Assembly: GCA_000155695.1 (NCBI GenBank)
Contig: DS990592.1
Location: forward strand, 2,082,635-2,146,634
DNA length: 64,000 bases
Reading direction: 5' to 3'
Source of the DNA: Verrucomicrobiia bacterium DG1235
GTDB taxonomy: Bacteria > Verrucomicrobiota > Verrucomicrobiia > Opitutales > Opitutaceae
Below the pieces are notes generated by a model, which saw only the letters and a list, made by a program, of their open reading frames with translations, ran no database searches and was not told the DNA's origin. Shown here in pieces: positions 61,147 to 64,000 of this stretch; position 1 is the first letter of the stretch, and every line of letters begins with the position of its first letter. The translations under genes were made by a program, and so were the position numbers.

Positions 61147-63342
61147 CTATTCCCAGCCGCCCGACGTCGTTTCAGCGTCTCCTCCTGCCGGCTCTCTCAA
61201 AGCGAAGGCCACATAATAGTTGCCGCTTTTCGTACCCATTTTTCCACCACCACAAGCGATCACCACGTACTGCTTTCCGCCAGCCTCATAGACAGCCGGA
61301 GTCGCATACCCACCCGCCGGCAGCTTGTAGCGCCAAAGCTCCTCGCCCGTCGAAGCGGAAAAAGCCCGAAAGTACTCGTCCTTGCTCGCCCCGATAAAAA
61401 GCAATCCACCAGCCGTCACCACCGGTCCGCCGTAGTTCTCCGTACCCGTAGGCTCGATACCTTGCTCGATCAGCTCCGGAACGATTCCCAAAGTCGTCTT
61501 CCAAAGATACTCGCCCGTATTCAAGTCAATCGCGTTCAGCGTACCCCAGGGCGGCTTCACCGCCGGATAGCCCTTCGAGTCGAGCCAACGATTGTAGCCC
61601 GTATGCGTCCACGGCCTATCCTCTTCCTTCTCGCCAGACTCGCCGCTCGCCACGTCGTGCCTATCCCCGCCTCCATCGCTCAACAAATAATCGACGATCG
61701 CACCGCGCTCCTCGTCCTTGAAAAAACCAAAGCCTGGCATGACGCCCTTTCCGAGCCGTATCCGATCCGAGACTTCCAGCCGTGTCATACGCTCATGGAT
61801 ACCAGTAAGACCGGGAATGCTCTGAGCCAGGCTTCCGCTACGATCCGTCCCATGACACCCCGCGCAATTCTGAAAATACAGCCGCTCTCCCTCGCTCGAA
61901 GCAAGCGTCGCGTCTACCATCGTCAAAATCCACGGCATCTCGTTTGAATTCACATACAACACGCCAGCTGGATCCACCGCCGCTCCCCCCCATTCGCCGC
62001 CCCCATCATAACCGGGAAAAATAATCGTACCCTCCTTACTGGGAGGCACAAAAGGAGCATGAGGCCGCAACGTAATAAACCTGTCCAAGACTTCTCGATA
62101 CGACTCGGGAGAAACATCCGTAATCAGATCCGCCGAAAAAACCTGCCGCGCAAACGGCTCCGGCTTCACCGGTAGCGGCTGCGTCGCCCAAGCCTGCTCG
62201 CCCCTCAAGTCCGACCAAGGCACCTGCGTCTCCTCGATCGGGAAAAGCTCCTCGCCCGTTTCGCGATTAAACACGAAGACATGGCCAGATTTCGTTATCT
62301 GAGCCACCGCCGGAATCTCCACTCCGCCATGACGCACCGTGACCAGATTAGGCGGAGCTGGCAAGTCGCGGTCCCAGATATCATGATGCACAAACTGATA
62401 ATGCCAAATCCGCTCCCCCGTCTTCGCGTTCAAAGCGATCAAGCAATTAGCGTACAGATTCTGCCCAATTCTGTCTCCACCCCAAAAATCGAACGCAGCC
62501 GAACCGGTCGGGCAAAAAACGATGCCGCGCTCCACGTCCACCGCCATCCCCGTCCAGACATTCGCGCCCCCCACCGACTTATACGCCTCCTCAGGCCACG
62601 TCTCGTAACCTGCCTCGCCAGGCTGCGGAATGGTGTTGAATCGCCAAACGAGCTCGCCACTGCGAACGTCATAGGCGCGGATCGGTCCCGGAGCCGCCGG
62701 AGCAGGCCCCTCGCCTACCCGCATGCCCATCACAATCAAATTCTCGTAAACCACTCCCGGCGTGTTGGCCTGCACCTGAAGCCCCTGCGCCCCCGCGCCC
62801 AAATCCACCTTCAAGTCGATCCGGCCATCCGTACCGAAACTCTCGATACGCGTCCCCGTCTCCGGATCCACCGCGATCAGAAACCGACTTACTCCAAACA
62901 ATATTCGCGACTCGTCGCCACTCTTCCAATACGCGAGTCCTCGGTTTACCCCACGCCCTTCCTTCGTATCCAAACCTTCGTAAGGATCGAAGCGCCACAA
63001 CAACTTTCCCGACTTCGCATCGAGCGCGATGAGATCCAAATTCGCATCCGTCCCGTAAAGCACGCCGCCGATCACCAGGGGATTGCACTGGATCTGCGAT
63101 AGGCCCTGCGGATCATCCGCCCCTTCATTCCAGACCCACGCAAGCTCCAGCCGATCAACGTTTTCCTCCGTTATTTTAGCAAGAGTCGAGAACTGGCTCG
63201 ATCGCTTGCCTCCCAAATAAGTGGACCAATCAGTTCCAGAATCCGCGAAAGTCGAAGAAACAGTTAAAACAGCTGCAAGGGCGAAAGGGGTACTCAACCA
63301 AGTCATGAACACGATTTGAACCAAGTGCGCATCCAAATGCAA
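61147..63342 (-). CDS. PQQ-dependent dehydrogenase (glucose/sugar dehydrogenase-like 8-bladed propeller) with an internal mono-haem cytochrome c domain
   Basis: 731 aa. Signal/TM N-terminus. PQQ-propeller W-motifs (DWSTYLGG..., LWRFDPY, ELVWRFN, ERIWHYQ). CAGCHG haem-binding motif (FQNCAGCHGTDRSG) about two-thirds through. More propeller sequence after it. Confidence 0.7.
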   Translation of the reverse strand: MHLDAHLVQIVFMTWLSTPFALAAVLTVSSTFADSGTDWSTYLGGKRSSQFSTLAKITEENVDRLELAWVWNEGADDPQGLSQIQCNPLVIGGVLYGTDANLDLIALDAKSGKLLWRFDPYEGLDTKEGRGVNRGLAYWKSGDESRILFGVSRFLIAVDPETGTRIESFGTDGRIDLKVDLGAGAQGLQVQANTPGVVYENLIVMGMRVGEGPAPAAPGPIRAYDVRSGELVWRFNTIPQPGEAGYETWPEEAYKSVGGANVWTGMAVDVERGIVFCPTGSAAFDFWGGDRIGQNLYANCLIALNAKTGERIWHYQFVHHDIWDRDLPAPPNLVTVRHGGVEIPAVAQITKSGHVFVFNRETGEELFPIEETQVPWSDLRGEQAWATQPLPVKPEPFARQVFSADLITDVSPESYREVLDRFITLRPHAPFVPPSKEGTIIFPGYDGGGEWGGAAVDPAGVLYVNSNEMPWILTMVDATLASSEGERLYFQNCAGCHGTDRSGSLAQSIPGLTGIHERMTRLEVSDRIRLGKGVMPGFGFFKDEERGAIVDYLLSDGGGDRHDVASGESGEKEEDRPWTHTGYNRWLDSKGYPAVKPPWGTLNAIDLNTGEYLWKTTLGIVPELIEQGIEPTGTENYGGPVVTAGGLLFIGASKDEYFRAFSASTGEELWRYKLPAGGYATPAVYEAGGKQYVVIACGGGKMGTKSGNYYVAFALREPAGGDAETTSGGWE

Positions 63343-63550
63343 CCCCTGCCCTCAAACCACTCGACCAAAGCCTAGCCTACCCCCTAGCGGAACGACGATG
63401 AGCCCAACAAATTGAAAGAAAGCATTAAAATGAACCCTCCCAACGCTCTCAACCAACCCCAGCTCCCAATCCGACTAAGCAATCCCTACGCGAGACCGAT
63501 AACATCGCAAATGGCAGCCACTCACGTTTTAAGAGACAACTCGACACTCC

Positions 63551-64000
63551 ATGCCCATGACCAATGAAACCTCACTCCCCATAAGTCGCGCCGATTCCTA
63601 CGCGCCAGACGCCACACAAGCCATCGGGGAACTGGACGCCGCGCTCGCTTTCTCCAAATCTGCCCTCACCGTCTTCTTCTGCGACCCGAGTTACGACTTG
63701 GACGCAATGACCGCTGAAATCAACCAACGGGCCCAGGGCTCCCCCGTCATCAGCTGCAGCAGCGCCGGAGAAATCGGCAGCAAGGGCTACCAAAAACAGA
63801 GCGTCGCCGGATTCAGCCTCTCCAAAGACGAGTTCCACGTCGCCGTTGAGTCCTTCGAAAACATCAGGGAATTCTCAGCCGACCAAGCCAGCCAGATCGT
63901 CGAAAAAGCCAAAGCCAATCTTCAGTCCCAGGGCCTCACCCTAGAGGACAACAAATGCTTCGCCCTCTTGCTTGTCGACGGCCTATCCGCCGCCGAAGAG
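63551..64000 (+). CDS. FIST-domain protein, N-terminal part (runs off window end)
   Basis: ATG at 63551 opens a stop-free frame to the window end. ...LTVFFCDPSYDLDAMTAEINQRAQGSPVISCSSAGEIGSKG fits the FIST_N pattern. Confidence 0.5.
   Translation, partial: MPMTNETSLPISRADSYAPDATQAIGELDAALAFSKSALTVFFCDPSYDLDAMTAEINQRAQGSPVISCSSAGEIGSKGYQKQSVAGFSLSKDEFHVAVESFENIREFSADQASQIVEKAKANLQSQGLTLEDNKCFALLLVDGLSAAEE

Noticed and set aside
1-64000. CRISPR arrays, rRNA genes, transposases or integrases
   Set aside because: No regularly spaced direct repeats, no rRNA-like conserved stretches, and no ORF with DDE/tyrosine-recombinase motifs were seen by eye.

Overview
This 64-kb window is a high-GC (roughly 60%) bacterial chromosomal segment with dense coding. 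The gene content (PEP-CTERM-like protein, GH3/GH10/pectate-lyase-like secreted enzymes, 7TMR-DISM sensor kinase, many G/A/R-rich spurious antisense ORFs) suggests a Verrucomicrobiota/PVC-type organism, but that is inference only. Housekeeping genes identified: tsaD, rpmB, cysH, recQ, rlmN. Metabolic genes include an IorAB-type molybdo-aldehyde oxidoreductase and a D-2-hydroxyacid dehydrogenase. The most coherent functional block is a large minus-strand nitrogen/sulfur-assimilation neighbourhood: a cytoplasm-facing molybdopterin oxidoreductase with a fused FeS/membrane anchor, co-operonic with a siroheme sulfite/nitrite reductase and a CysJ-like diflavin reductase, followed a few kb on by a NarK-type porter, an NrtABCD-type ABC transporter, a cytoplasmic NrtA-like protein and a LysR regulator. 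Unusual items are: an isochorismatase-fold enzyme fused to an RGG-rich disordered region and a histone-H1-like (AKKA)n tail; a PP2C-phosphatase/Ser-Thr-kinase fusion; a PQQ dehydrogenase with an internal cytochrome c domain; an NrtB permease with a 250-aa coiled-coil extension; a family of structured intergenic repeats with compensatory stem changes; and a low-GC islet (about 32.6-34.4 kb) holding a tRNA-Ile-like gene with a defective acceptor stem, a tRNA 3'-fragment, two tiny terminator-flanked ORFs (one Cys-rich) and several hairpins. That islet sits next to an HNH endonuclease and an SPFH/band-7 protein. No CRISPR array, rRNA or recognisable transposase was seen. All calls rest on reading the translations and DNA by eye; no database search was run.
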